A DNA stretch of 64,000 nucleotides from Leucoraja ocellata (taxonomy: Eukaryota). The notes beneath the pieces were generated by a model. It was not told the origin of the DNA and made no database searches. It saw only the letters and a program-made list of their open reading frames with translations. Each line of letters starts with the position of its first letter. The stretch's first letter is position 1. Below, piece by piece: positions 36,571 through 49,837 of the stretch. Both the position numbers and the translations under genes were made by a program. The stretch spans positions 248,001 through 312,000 of the forward strand of contig JAWMAR010000478.1 in assembly GCA_036785375.1 (NCBI GenBank). Direction: 5' to 3'.

Positions 36571-38777
36571 GAACTTGGATATTGTTTACCAAAACTTTTT
36601 TTACGAAACTCGAAAAAATATATAACAGGATGGTAAAGGCCTCGTCTAGCTGCCTGGTGCATGATGCAACAAGAAATTATATGCAACAATGATCATTTAT
36701 TGAAAACTTAACATTTCCCTTCACTAGGTTAGCCTACATTATAATACATATACAAAAACTCAAAATTTCAAAATAATGTTCTTCAATAACCATATTGGCC
36801 TCAGAATCGGTGGCATTGCTTTTTACATTCTTCAAAAGCCTGATCATTTCTGGATAGGTATGTAACTCTAATTGATCAGCAATTTTCTCAATGACTGCAA
36901 ACCCTTCTTATGAATGTAATAACTCGCGTAACTTTCTCTTTTGGGGCTATTTCTATGCTCGGTTTTGATTAACTTCTGACTGCTTTAAAGACTTTCAATC
37001 GGAGCATTTACAAATGGTAGGAAAACATACACCCAACAACTTTACGAAGATTTCCAATGTAGATACGTTTCTTATGCCACATTAAACATATTATGAATAT
37101 TGATGATTGCATGAATAACTTGAAAGAACGCCAGATAAAACCCTACTTGATAAAAAATATCAAATAACTTACTTACACTTCAATAGGCTATGTTCATTAG
37201 TCAATACTACTGTGGCCTATGCAGCTTCAGAAGAGGAGACAATCCACTTGTCCAGCGCTCACACCAGCAAGCAACTGAGCCAACTGTTGAAACTTTGGTC
37301 CGACTATAGTAAGACATTAATAATGGTCCCACGACCAAAGTGAACATGTCCAGTTTGATACCAGTGTAGTGTTACAAGTCGCAACCCTTTGAGTTTACCG
37401 TTCATGGCTTATCACTTCAATATCTTTGACCTCGTGATTCACGGTCAAATGTACCGCTTCTCCTTTTCGGTGACCTCACGACGCTATGTACGGCTTGATA
37501 TCCTTTCAAGTTGCCGACCATCTCAAACCACGAACTGTAACTTTATCTTTAAATTCACACACACTTGCTGCAAACATCGAATTTCCTTAATTATGCCCGA
37601 CCCGAGCCCCCCTATTCCACATTCTTCCACTACCTCTCCTGCTTTGTTCCTTTTCATGCACTGCTTATTTGTGTCCTGTTCTCTTTTTTTTCTTATTCCT
37701 TTTGATTACTAAAACAGTTGTCTGTGTTTGTTTCTTTATTGCATTTTTATACGATATATGGGGCCCACTTCATCAGGGACCCACTTGCCACTTGCAAGCT
37801 GACACCCTGGCCAGTCCGCCACTGTTCGTGTGTATCGAATGGTGTTACTGTGCAGGGATCGCTGGTTGGCACGGACTTGAAGGGCTGACGGACCTGTTTC
37901 CGCGCTGTATCTCTAAACTAAACATAGAACTAGTTTGTGAACTGGTGATCGATGGTTGGTGTGGACTGGGTGGGCCGAGGGGCCTGTTTCCACGCTGTAT
38001 CTCTAAACTTAACGCGATTTAAAATGTGTGGGGATTATTTTTTTACCCAGAGAGTGGTGGTGCCTAGGGGTGATGGTCGACCCAGCGGTGATAGTGGTGT
38101 TTTGGTGGCCTTGAGATAGGCACATGGACATGCAGAGAATTCCAGATTATGGACAGGCAAAGGAGATTAATTGGGCATTATGTTCGGCATGGACATTTGA
38201 GGTCGAAGGGGCTGTCCTGTGCTGTTCTCTGTTCTTGGTTCTGACCCTCTGCTAATTCATTATAAAACTTTGCATAGTTAGTTGAGCAAACTTGCCTTGC
38301 ACAATTCCACACATTCTTGAATCAGTAACTCAGCGGGTCAGGCAGCATCTCTGGAGAGAAGGTATGGGTGATGTTTTGGGTGGAGACCCTTCTTCTATTC
38401 AGAGATGCTGCCTGTCCAAACCAGTATCTGCAGTTCTTTCCTAAACAATTCTTGAATCAGTGCAGTCTTATCCAAATCAGCAACCTAACCATGGCACTGT
38501 GGAACAGGAAGCTGGCACACCCATTAGATTAAATACCTCCAATTTGACAGGGAGGGGTGTAGAGACCAGAAATAGGGTCACAGCCAGAATAGGTTGGCAG
38601 AGATAGTGAGAGACCCTTCCCACAGTACAGCACTCCCTCCAATAAGTCAAAGTCATGTCCCATCTGGGGTTAAATGGGTTAGCTTCCTTGCAGTGTAGCT
38701 GCTTACAGTGTAGCTTCCTTGCAGTGTTGCTTGCAGTGTAGCTTGCTTGAAGTGTAGCTGCTGCTGCTGGAGCCGAC

Positions 38778-41210
38778 AATGGCGGCCACGGTGTACTGCT
38801 CCTTGCTGTTTTGTATGGGTTTGTTCGTTTGTGTCGTCTGTGAAAACCCTACAAAGATTACTTTCATGAGAGATGTATTCATAAACATCGGACATACGAT
38901 ACCTCCAAACACCGTTCCGGATTTCTCTCACTCACTGGATTATTTGGACGTACTTGTCGGCGGGGCTGTGGCTGCGTTCAAGGTCTTGAGATGGAGGAGG
39001 ACCCGTGGGAAATGCTCTGGAGCACTCACCCGACGAGGATCACGCACACCACTCCCGAGCATATTCCTGGCAAACGTATATTCTCTCAAGAACAAAGTGG
39101 ACGAATTGCGACTCCAGCATCGGACAAACAAGGACTTCTCTCGAGCTTCTGCCCTGTGTTTCACCGAGACCTGGCTTTGTATCATCACACTGTATCATCA
39201 TATGTCAGCTTTTGCAAGGAAAGTTGCATTCCAACTAAGACCCGGACATGGTTCAACAACAACAAGCCCTGGTTCACTGCAGATCTCAGACAGCTCCAGC
39301 GGTCTAAAGAGGAGGCCTACAGGAGCGGGGATGCAGGCCTCTACAGGCAGGCCAAGTACAAGCTGAGAAGAGGAATCAGAGCTGCCAAGGAAAGGTACTC
39401 TGAGAAATAGCAGAGCAAGTTCTCAGCTAGTGACTCTTCTTCAGAGGGGGCATGAAATTACCAGCTACAAGAGGGAGGTCCCCGCTCTTTGACCAACGAC
39501 CTGAATGAGTTTTACTGCAGGTTTGAAAATCGGAAACGTAACCCCAACCAACACAGCCAGACCCCAGTCTGCAAAGAATCGACCCTGCACCCTCTCCTTC
39601 CCATTCACCACTTCACACCTACTTAAGGCAAGACTGCAGTCTGAAAAGACTGGACCATTTCCCACCCCAACCAACACTTCACACCCACTCACAGTCTGAC
39701 CTCAGTCTGCAAAGACTGGGCCCTTCTACACCCACAACAAAGGTCTATACAGACATTTTTAACCAGTCCCTGCAAACATGTACTGTTCCTGCCTGCTTCA
39801 AAGTCTCCACTATTCTCCCTGTACCCAAAAAGGCAAGGACTACTTGTCTTAATGACTACAGGCCTGTCGCACTGACCTCTGTAGTTATGAAGACACTTGA
39901 AAGGCTTATGCTGGCCAAGTTAAAAAATATCACGATCCTGGACCCTGTGCAGTTTGCATATCGGGCCAATAGATCTGTGGATGATGCAGTCAACCTGGGC
40001 CTGTACTTCATCCTACAGCTCCTAGACCGCCAGGGGACTATGCGAGGATCCTATTTGTTGATTTTAGATCTGCTATCAACACCATTGTGCCAGTGCTATT
40101 ACACTCCAAATTCTCCTTGTTGACTGTGCGTGAACCCCTCTGTCGGTGGATCACCAGCTTCCTGACAGACAGGAAACAGCATGTGTGGCTGGGAAAGCAC
40201 AGCTCGGACCCGCAAACGCTCAGCATAGGAGCACCGCAAAGCGCTCTCCTCTCCTCTACTCTCTCTACACCAACGACAGCACCTCCACTGACTCCTCTAT
40301 CAAGCGTCTCAAGTTTGCATATGACACAACCCTGATTGGACTGATTCAGGATGGGGAGGAATCTGCCTGCAGACAGGAAGTGTCACAGCTGGCGTCCTGG
40401 TGCCATCGCAACAAGCTAGAGCTCAATGCTCTTAAGACATTGGAATTGATTGTAAACTTTAGGAGAGCTCCCCCTCCCCTCACCCGACTCGACATCATCA
40501 ACACCACAGTCACATCTGTGGAGTCATTTAAGTTCCTGGGAACCATCATCTCCAAGGACCTTAAGTGGGTGGGCTACCATCGACCCCACAGTCAAAAAGG
40601 TACAACAGATGATGTAGTTCCTACGGCAGCTGAGGAAGCACAATCTGCCACAGGCAATAATGGTCCAATTCTACACGGACGTCGTAGAGTTTGTTCTCAC
40701 CTTCTCCATCATGGTCTGGTTTGGCTCAGCCACCAAGCACGACACCTGGTGGCTGCAGCGAATCGTCCGATCAGCTGAGAAGGTTATTGGCTGCAACCTT
40801 CCCTCCATTGATGAACTGTACACTGCAAGGGCCAGGAAGCGAGCGGGCAAGATCACCTCTGACCCCTCTCACCCTGACCACATACTCTTTGAATCACTTC
40901 CCTCTGGAAGGCGACTCCGGACTGTCAAAGCTGCCACAGCCAGATATTAAAACAGTTTTTATCCACGAGTAGTTGCTCTACTTAACAGCCAAAAATCTGT
41001 AGCCTCCCTTTGATCTGGTATTTGGTTGGTTCACATGCTTGATCAATGGAGTTTTATCATTAATGTGTTATTATTATTATTATTGTTTAGTGTTTTCTGA
41101 GTCATTCGTAACTGTCACTGTATGTCATGTTGCTACTTGTGGGCGGAGCACCAATGCAAATTCTTTGTATATGGATACTTGACCAATAAATTTATTTACT
41201 TACTTACTTA
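38778..41210 (+). mobile_element. Rex1/Babar-type LINE, degenerate with an internal deletion
   Basis: [44 protein letters not shown]; ends in AATAAA and (TTAC)n. Confidence 0.85.
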
Positions 41211-41294
41211 ACCGTTTGCTGATAATACTTCCTTATTTTACTTCTGTTTCCAGATGCTAATCCATCCCTCTACACATTTGTGTTCTCCACACAG

Positions 41295-41370
41295 TGACGG
41301 CCGCTGAGGATGAGGATACTGGCTCCCTGAGTGTTTGTCAGTCGATACTCGACCAGCGGACAGAACCCAG
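41295..41370 (+). other. Candidate 5'-UTR exon of the Siglec-like gene
   Basis: Non-repeat island with ttctccacacag| and CCCAG|GTACGT boundaries; an Ets-like ACTTCCT lies just upstream. No transcript support. Confidence 0.3.
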
Positions 41371-43692
41371 GTACGTAATTCCGTGTCTGTGGCTCGTTCC
41401 CACGAACAACCACCAGTTCAGCTGAGTTGCGACTTTGTGCAGAGTCTGATCACTGAAATACTTTGTGTATTGAGGTAACTGCAGATGCTGATTCACACCA
41501 AAGATAGACACAAAGCGCTGGAGTAACTCAGTGGGACAAGCAGCATCTCTGGTGAATTTAGTTTAGTTTATTGTCACGTGCACTGAGTTACAGCGAAAAG
41601 CCTTTGTTCCAAGATAACCGGTCAGAGGGAAGACAACACATGTTTACAATCAAAGATAGACACAAAATGCTGGAGTAACTCAGCGGGACAAGCAGCATCT
41701 CGTCTTGACCTGAAGTGTCACCCATTTCTTCTATCCAGAGTCTATAGATATGGAAGGGTAAGGTGTGAAAACCCATTCCTTCTCTCAGGAGATGCTGCCT
41801 GTCCTGTTGAGTTAAGCCAGCATTTTGTGTCTAACTTCGGTTTAAACCAGCATCTGCAGTTCCATCCTACATATGATTACAATTGTTCCATTTACAGTGT
41901 ACAGATAGGGGAATAGTGTTCAGTGCAACGTAAAACCAGCAAAGTCTGATCAAGGATAGTCCGAGGGTCATCAAAAAGGTAGGCAGTAGTTCAGTGCTGC
42001 TCTCTGGTTGTGGTTGGATGATTCAGTTGGGCAGAAACTGTCCCCGAATCTGAGAATCAGAGAGAAGGAATGGGTGATGTTTTGGGTTCGAGACTGTCTT
42101 TCAGACTGAAAGTCAGGTGAGGGGGAGGCACAGAGATAAGGAAGCGAAAGGTGTGAAAACAAGGCAAAGAGAATGAGGTTGGATGAAAATGTAGAATAGA
42201 TCATTGTTAGCTAGGAGAAGGTGACAACGAAGCAAACAGAGATAAGATTTAATCAAGGGGACGGTCAGACTGGTTGTAGAATAGGAAAGGGGAGGGATGG
42301 AGAAAGAGGGAAAGCAAGGCTACGAAGTTAGAGAAGTCGATAATCGTACCGATGTAAGCTGCCCAAGCGTAATATGAGGTGCTGTTCCCCAATTTGCGTT
42401 GGGCCTGACTCTAACAGTAAAGGAGGCCCAGGACAGAAAGGTATTTCTGTGTCTCCCTCCCCCATGACTCTCAGTATATATTGTACTCAATATTGTGAGC
42501 AATTTTGGGCCCCATATCTGAGGAAGGATGTGCTGGCTCTGGAGAGGGTTCAGAGAAGGTTTACATGAATGATCCCAGGAATGAGTGGGTTAACATATGA
42601 TGAGCGTTTGATAGCACTGGGCCTGTACTCGCTGGAGTTTAGCAGAATGAGGGGGGGGGGGGGAACATACAGAATAATGAATGGCTTGGATAGAGTGAAC
42701 GTGGAGAGGATGTTTCCACTAGTGGGTGAGTCTAGGACTAGAGATTACAGCCTCAGAATTAAAGGATGTTCTTTTAGGAAGGAGATGAGGAAGGACATCT
42801 TCAGTCAGAGGGTGGTGAATCTGTGGAATTCTTTGCCACAGTAGACTGTAGAGGCTAAGTCAGTGGATTATTTAAGGCAGAGATGGATAGATTCTTGATT
42901 TGTACTGGTGTCAGAGGTTATGGAGAGAAGGCAGGAGAATGGGGTTAGGAGATAGAGATAGGTCTGCAATGATTGAATGGTGGAGCAGACTTGATGGGCC
43001 GAATGGCTTAATTCTGCTCCTATCATTTATGACCTTATACAGTACGACCAGCCTGGGTTGCGTGCAAACACTGAATTCTGGTACACATGGCAATTATACA
43101 ATCATACCAATAGATGGGCTGAAAAAAGGGCTGGCATGGACATGGTGGGCCGAAGGACCTGTTGCATAGAAACATAGAAACATAGAAATTAGGTGCAGAA
43201 GTATGCCATTCGGCCCTTCGAGCCTGCACCGCCATTCAATATGATCATGGCTGATCATCCAACTCAGTATCCCGTACCTGCCCTCTCCATACCCCCTGAT
43301 CCCCTTAGCCACAAGGGCCACATCTAACTCCCGCTTAAATATAGCCAATGAACTGGCCTCAACTACCCTCTGTGGCAGAGAGTTCCAGAGATTCACCACT
43401 CTCAGTGTGAAAAAAGTTCTTCTCATCTTGGTTTTAAAGGATTTCCCCCTTATCCTTAAGCTGTGACCCCTTGTCCTGGATCTTGGATGGAGGAGCTGTT
43501 CCCAAAGCAAGCTGCGATGCATCCTGATACAATCTATCTTCTGTCTACACTATTACTAAAACTCTCATCTTGACCACTTCCCCTCTGTGTTGTTTTTAAG
43601 TTTGCTCAAAAACGGTTCAGATGTCGCCCGTCCACAAGCTGCCGAGAATAAAGCTGAAGCAGCAGAGTGTGGGCTGTTGACCGCACTCAAAC

Positions 43693-44030
43693 ACTCCCCC
43701 TCCCCTACACCCCCCCTCCCATACACCCCCCTCCCCTACACCCCCCACTCCTACACCCCCTCCCCTACATCCCCCCCTCCCCTACACCCCCCCCTCCCCT
43801 ACAGCCTCCCTCCCTACATCCCCCTCCCCTACACACCCCCACTCCTACACCCCCTCCCCTACACCCCCCTCCCCTACACCCCCTCCCCTACATCCCCCCC
43901 TCCCCTACACCCCCCCTCCCCTACACCCCACTCCCCTAAACCGCCCCTCCTCTACACCCTCCCCCCTACACCCCCCTCCCCTACACCCCCCGCCCCCATA
44001 AACCCCCTCCCCACACACCCCTTCCCCCTT
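43693..44030 (+). repeat. C-rich (CCCCTACACCCCCCT)-type tandem repeat
   Basis: Seen directly; about 15-bp period. Confidence 0.9.
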
Positions 44031-45249
44031 CATTCCAATGACATGCAGGTTTGTAGGCTAATTAGCTTAGCAACATTGTAAATTGTCCCTAGCGTGTGTA
44101 GGATAGTGTTAGTGTGTGAGGGATCGCTGGTCGGCACAGACTCGATTGGTCGAAGGGCCTGTTTCCACGTTGTATCTAGACTAAACACAGAACTAGTGTG
44201 TGAACGGGTGATCGCTGGTTGATGCGGGCACGGTGGGGTAAAGGTCCAGTTTCCGTGTTGTATCTCAAAAAGTAAACATAGAACTAGTGTGTGAAGTGGT
44301 CGGCATGGTCTGTGGGCCGTGGGAGCCTGTTTCTGTGCTGTATCTCTAAACTAAAATAAGCTCTGAGCAATTTCTTGTGGTCTTGGGCAGAGCTGGTCCC
44401 AAACCAAAGTGTAATGCAACCTAACAGTGTTCTTTCGTAGTTCATGTGGAGAAGTTGGTGTGAGTCACTGGAGAAATGCTGAACTTCCTTCATCTTTTGA
44501 GCAAGATGAGACATCAGTTGCTTTATTGACCACAGCTTCAATGTAGTCGGTGCAGCGTATGCTGTTGGTGATATTTACAGACATGTGATAGGAGCAGAAT
44601 TAGGCCATTCAGCCCATCAAATCTACTCCGCCTTTTAATCATGGCTGATCCATCTCCCTACTAATCCCATTCTCCTCCCTTCTCCCTATAACCCGTGGCA
44701 CCCGGACAAATTCACAATCTATCTTTCTCTGCCTCAACAATATCCACTGACTGGGCCGCCACAGCCTTCTGTGGCAAAGAATTCCACAGATTCACCACCC
44801 TCTCACTAAAGAAATTCCTCCTCATCTCCTTACTAGAACAACGTTGAATTCTGAGGCTATGATCCTCCCAGTAATGGAAAAGTCCTATCCACATCCACTC
44901 TATCCAAGCCTTTCACTATTCGGTAAGTTTCAATGTGGTCCTCCCTCATTCTTCTAAACTCCAGCTAGTACAGACCCAGTGCTGACAAACACTCTCATAT
45001 GTAAACACACTCATTCCTGGGACCATTCCTGTAAACCACCTCTGGACCTCCAGAGCCAGCACATTCTTCATCAGATACAGGGCTCAAAAGTTCTCACAAT
45101 ATTCCAAATGTGGCCTCACCAGCTCCTCATAGAGCCTCAGCATTGCATTCATGTTGCTTAATGTATATTGGTCGCTGGAGTTTTACTGCAATAACTTTCT
45201 CTTCCAGACCGGGAGATCGGGTATCTGACGGGATATCTGGGATCGGACA

Positions 45250-45289
45250 ATGATCGGGAGATCGTTCTTCGTCCTCTCCCTTCTCCAAG
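45250..45289 (+). CDS. Siglec-like gene, signal-peptide exon (MIGRSFFVLSLLQ-); exon starts about 45208
   Basis: Acceptor ctttctcttccag at 45207, ATG at 45250, hydrophobic leader, phase-1 donor G|GTACC that joins in frame to the V-set exon. Confidence 0.75.
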
Positions 45290-45321
45290 GTACCATCAGC
45301 AGCAACTCAGAAGTGTTTACG

Positions 45322-45724
45322 GGGAGTGATGCACTGGGGGAGGGGCGGTGAGGAGGGAGTGATGCACTGGGGGAGGGGCGGTGAGGAGGGAGTGAAGAAT
45401 TGGGGGAGGGGCGGTGCGGAGGGAGTGATGCACTGTGGGAGGGGCGGTGAGGAGGGAGTGATGCACTGTGGGAGGGGCGGTGAGGAGGGAGTGATGCATT
45501 GGGGGAGGGGCGGTGAGGAGGGAGTGATGCATTGGGGGAGGGGCGGTGAGGAGGGAGTGATGCACTGTGGGAGGGGCGGTGAGGAGGGAGTGATGCATTG
45601 GGGGAGGGGCGGTGCGGAGGGAGTGATGCACTGTGGGAGGGGCGGTGCGGTGCGGAGGGAGTGATGCACTGGGGAGGGGCGGTGAGGAGGGAGTGATGCA
45701 CTGGGGGAGGGGCGGTGAGGAGGG
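45322..45724 (+). repeat. 33-bp G-rich minisatellite, about 12 copies
   Basis: Unit GGAGTGATGCACTGGGGGAGGGGCGGTGAGGAG; 11-aa periodicity in the overlapping ORFs. Confidence 0.95.
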
Positions 45725-45860
45725 AGACTCTACCACTACGCCATCATGCTGCTCTTCTACGCTCTGTTCACACCGGGTCCACAGCGCAGGATAAACGGTG
45801 TGGAAAGTCCAGTGAACTGACAGGGTGTTCACTGCTAAAGATTGTTCCTTCTCTCCTCAG

Positions 45861-46223
45861 CCGTGATGTCGGGACGCTCGAGAGCGTGGAATCCCAGAGC
45901 TGTGACAGCGCAGAACGGTTTGTGTGCACGGATTCCGTGTCACTACTCATACCCGTCGTATCTGAACAGTAAACCACGGACTGGAATCTGGTATAACAGT
46001 GGGTCGCACAAAGATCCTGTAGCCTTCCACTCCGGGGACCACAGTCTAGAATCAACAAAGTTTCAGCATCGGACCCGGCTGTCAGGAATCCTGATAGACA
46101 ACAACTGTTCCCTGGTTATAGACAACGTCACGCCGCAAGATGCAGGTCCTTATTTGTTCAGAGTTGATTTCGATGGGGGAAATCGTTACAGCTACCCCAC
46201 TGTAACACAGCTCACTGTTAGTG
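45861..46223 (+). CDS. Siglec-like V-set Ig exon (sialic-acid-binding domain)
   Basis: AG/GTAAGT boundaries in phase 1; Siglec motifs GLCARIPC, GIWY, NCSLVI and DAGPYLFR (F-strand Arg); open frame. Confidence 0.9.
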
Positions 46224-46913
46224 GTAAGTGCTCTGTTTAATTCACTCATTCACTCAACAGTTTCTCCCAGCTGTTATCGGGCAACTGAACCATCCTACCA
46301 CAACCAGAGAGCCGTGTTGAACTACTGTTGACCTCACTGGTGACCCATCGGACTATCCTTGATTGGACTTTGCTGGCTTTACCTTGCACTAACCGTTATT
46401 CCCTTATCAAGTCAAGTCAAGTCAAGTCAAGTTTTTTTTGTCACATACACATACGAGATGTGCAGTGAAATGAAAGTGGCAATGCTCGCGGAACAACAAA
46501 ACAACCAAACAAATTATAAACACAATCATAACACACATATTATTTTACTTAATAAATAATAGAAGGAAAAACGTTCTGTACAGTTAGTCCCTGGTGAGAA
46601 AGGCGTTTACAGTCCGAATTGCCTCTGGGAAGAAACTCCTTCACGTATCCATGCACTGCAAATGGCTCGATTGCAATCATGTGTAATCTTTCTGCTGAGG
46701 CAGATAGTAGTTCAGGACCGCTCCCTGGTTGTGGTAGGATGATTCAGTTGCCTGATAACAGCTGGGAAGAAACTGTCCCTGAATCTGGAGGTGTGCGTTT
46801 TCACACTTCTATACCTTGTAAAAACATCCTTGCTCGTGTGGGACTGGGATTTCGATGTGAACCGATGTATCCAGTGATATTTAACTAACAGTATTTGTTT
46901 CTCTGTGTGTTAG

Positions 46914-47207
46914 ATTTCACGGATAAACCCACGATATTTCCTGCTGAATTGGTGGCAGGAAAGCCTGTGAACATGACCTGCTCCTTCAGCACCACGTGTA
47001 ATGGAACGGCCCCCACCTTAACCTGGGTCACCCCCGCTGATGAACCACCGTCAGCCTCACACAGTGTAACTCAGCAGGGTGACACTCTGACATATACTTC
47101 TGTTCTGTCCCTGACCCCAGCGCTCAAACATCACGGACAAAGCCTCACCTGCAGAGTCACATACCCAACTGTGTCATCGGAGCAGACCCTCACACTGACT
47201 GTGGAAT
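46914..47207 (+). CDS. Siglec-like C2-set Ig exon (domain 2)
   Basis: tag|ATTTC ... GAAT|gtaagt; sequence DFTDKPTIFP..MTCSFSTTCNGTAPTLTW..HHGQSLTCRV with the extra Cys that forms the Siglec inter-domain disulfide. Confidence 0.9.
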
Positions 47208-48194
47208 GTAAGTACGGAGATCGTATATTGTGCAGGAACATCAATAATCTATTAGCAGCGCTGGTATATAAGGTCATAGACGATAGGTACAGAATTAGGC
47301 CATTCAGCCCATCAACTCTACTCTGCTATTCAATCATGGTTGATAAATCTCTCTCTCCTAACCCCTTTCTTCTGCCTTCTCCCCATATCCTCTGACACCC
47401 CTACTAATCAAATCAACACCAAAAGCTGGAGAAACGCAGCAGGACAGGCTGCATCTCTGGAGAGAAGGAATGGGTGACGTTTCAGATCGAGAACCTTCTT
47501 CAGACTGAAAGTTACAGGAAAGGGAAACGAGAGATATAGACGATGATGTGGAGAGATGTATGACCTACCTGATCTCCTGGTTGCTAAACACATTCATTCT
47601 CCTTCCCATTCCCACACTGAACTTTCTGTCCTCGGACACCACCATTGTCATAGTGAGGTTAAATGCAAATTGGAGGATCAGCATCTAATATTTTGCTTGG
47701 GCAGTTTACAGCCCAGTGGTATGTATATTGATTTCTCTAACTTCAGGCAGCCCCGGCATTCCCTCTCTCTCCATCCCTCCCCCACCCAAGTCTCATCAGC
47801 TTCTCGTTCTCACCCAACAAACAGCGAACAACGGCCTGTTCCCTTTATCATCGTTAACTTTTTGCATATCTTTCATTCTTTGTTCTATATGTCTCTACAC
47901 CATCGTCTTTCTCTCATTTCCCTAAATATAGAACTAGTGTGTGAATGTGTGATCGATGGTTGGCGCGGACTCCGTGGGCTGAAGGGCTTATTTCCGCAGT
48001 GTATCTCTACATTCTGCAGACTAAAGTCTTTTACAAGGATCACCGAAAGTGCCGTTTCGGCCCGAAACGTTGCCTATTTCCTTCGCTCCATAGATGCGGC
48101 TGCACCCGCTGAGTTTCTCCAGCTTTTCTGTGTAACCTTCGATTCTCCAGCATCTGCAGTTCCCTCTTAAATGCTGAATGTTATCTGTTTGCAG

Positions 48195-48906
48195 ACACCC
48201 CCCGAGGATCTCTCAATCACTTCCCCCGACAATGTGAACAATTCCTGGGTCAGTATAAAGGAAGGAAACTCTGCAGCGATCCTCTGCTCCCTCCAGAGTT
48301 TCCCAGCGTCTAACCTGATGTGGAGACATCGGTGTCACGCTGAACACAACACGTTCCAGCAACGAGCTGTGGATGGACATAGACATAGACGTAGAAAATA
48401 GGTGCAGGAGGTGGCGATTCGGCCCTTCGAGCCAGCAGCGCCATTCATTGTGGTCATGGCTGATCGTCCCCAATCAATAACCCGTGCCTGTCTTCTCCCC
48501 ATATCCCTTGATTCCACTGGTCCCTAGAGCTCTATCTAACTCTCTCTTAAATCCATCGAGTAACTTGGCCTCCACTGCTCTCTCTGGTAGGGAATTCCAC
48601 AAATTCACAACTCTCTGGGTGAAAAGGGTTTTTCTCACCTCAGCCTTAAATGGCTTCCCCTTTATTCTAAGACTATAGACCCTGGTTCTGGGAAACATTG
48701 GGAACATTCGTGCATCTACCTTGTCCAGTCCTTTTATAATTTTATATGTTTCAATAAGACATCCCCTCATCCTTCTAAACTTCAGTGAATACAAGCCTAT
48801 TCTTTACAATTCCCTCAGCTGACAGGGAAGGATGCTGGGGTCTATCAGTGTGTAGTGGAGAATGACCATGGGACAGCTGAGAGGGATGTGACCCTCATTG
48901 TAGAAT
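48195..48906 (+). pseudogene. Disabled C2-set Ig exon of the Siglec-like gene
   Basis: Paralog of exon 51445-51726 with an extra C in a C-run, a 2-nt deletion (cat c ggt vs cat ctc ggt), a CR1 fragment inserted at about 48378-48805, and the donor changed to TTGAGT. Confidence 0.85.
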
Positions 48907-48992
48907 TTGAGTAGACACACACTGTCATGTCTATGTAAAGGCAGATGGTTTATTGGCCCATGAGAGATGCTGGAATTCACTAACACTCTCAC

Positions 48993-49121
48993 NNNNNNNN
49001 NNNNNNNNNNNNNNNNNNNNNNNNNNNNNNNNNNNNNNNNNNNNNNNNNNNNNNNNNNNNNNNNNNNNNNNNNNNNNNNNNNNNNNNNNNNNNNNNNNNN
49101 NNNNNNNNNNNNNNNNNNNNN
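48993..49121. other. Assembly gap (129 N)
   Basis: Run of N flanked by CA/CT microsatellite. Confidence 1.
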
Positions 49122-49837
49122 NCACACGCTCCCTCTCTCTCACACACACACACACGCACTCATTCACTCAAACACATACAGACACACATCCTCAAGATCT
49201 CGGAGAAAACCCAGGCAGGTCACGGGGAGAACGTGCAAACTCCGTACAGAAAGGCACGGGTGGTCAGGATTGAACCCGGGTCTCTGGCGCTGTGAGGCAG
49301 GAGCTCTACCCACTGCGCCACCGTGCCGCCCACATCTACAGCCTTGTTTGTTCCCCACCTGTAAGTAACCTGTCTCACCTCTGCCTGACGTTGTTGGATT
49401 ATATTGGTCTTTCCACCCAGAAACCTTCAATGCCTCCCTCTATGTATCGTCACTCCTCACGTTGCTTAAACACAAAGTAGTGGAGCAACTCAGTGGGTCA
49501 GGCAGTGTCTTTAGAGTTTTTAGAGTCTTACAGCATGGTTACAGGTCCTTTGGCCCAACTTGCCCACACCGGCCAATGAGCCCCATCTACACGCATCCCA
49601 CCTGCCCTACTTCGGCCCATATCCCTCCAAACAAGTCCTATCCATGTTTGATGTCCATCAGTCTGAAGAAGGGTTTTGGCCCGAAACATTGCCTATTTCC
49701 TTCGCTCCATCGATGCTGCTCCACCCGCTCAGTTTCTCCAGCACTTTTGTCTACCTCCTATCCATGTTACCTGTCCAACTGTTTTTTAAACGTTGCAATG
49801 ATCCCAGCCTCAACTACCTCCTCCAGCAGCTCGTTCC

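Larger units (their letters stand above)
26019..37824 (-). mobile_element. hAT DNA transposon (ZMYM1/DUF4371-type transposase, degenerate), interrupted by a Hero element and a CR1 stack
   Basis: TIRs CAGTGGCGGAC at 26019 and GTCCGCCACTG at 37814-37824; transposase pieces ALPFRGHRNE, VDSTQD, TDGAASYHG, ETRWS and a hATC-like C-terminus at about 26400-26640. Confidence 0.88.

Noticed and set aside
43587-44081. Extensin-like Pro/Tyr ORF
   Set aside because: Translation of a C-rich simple repeat
45183-45832. Repetitive ORFs or a CRISPR-like array
   Set aside because: Pure 33-bp tandem repeat with no unique spacers, inside a eukaryotic intron
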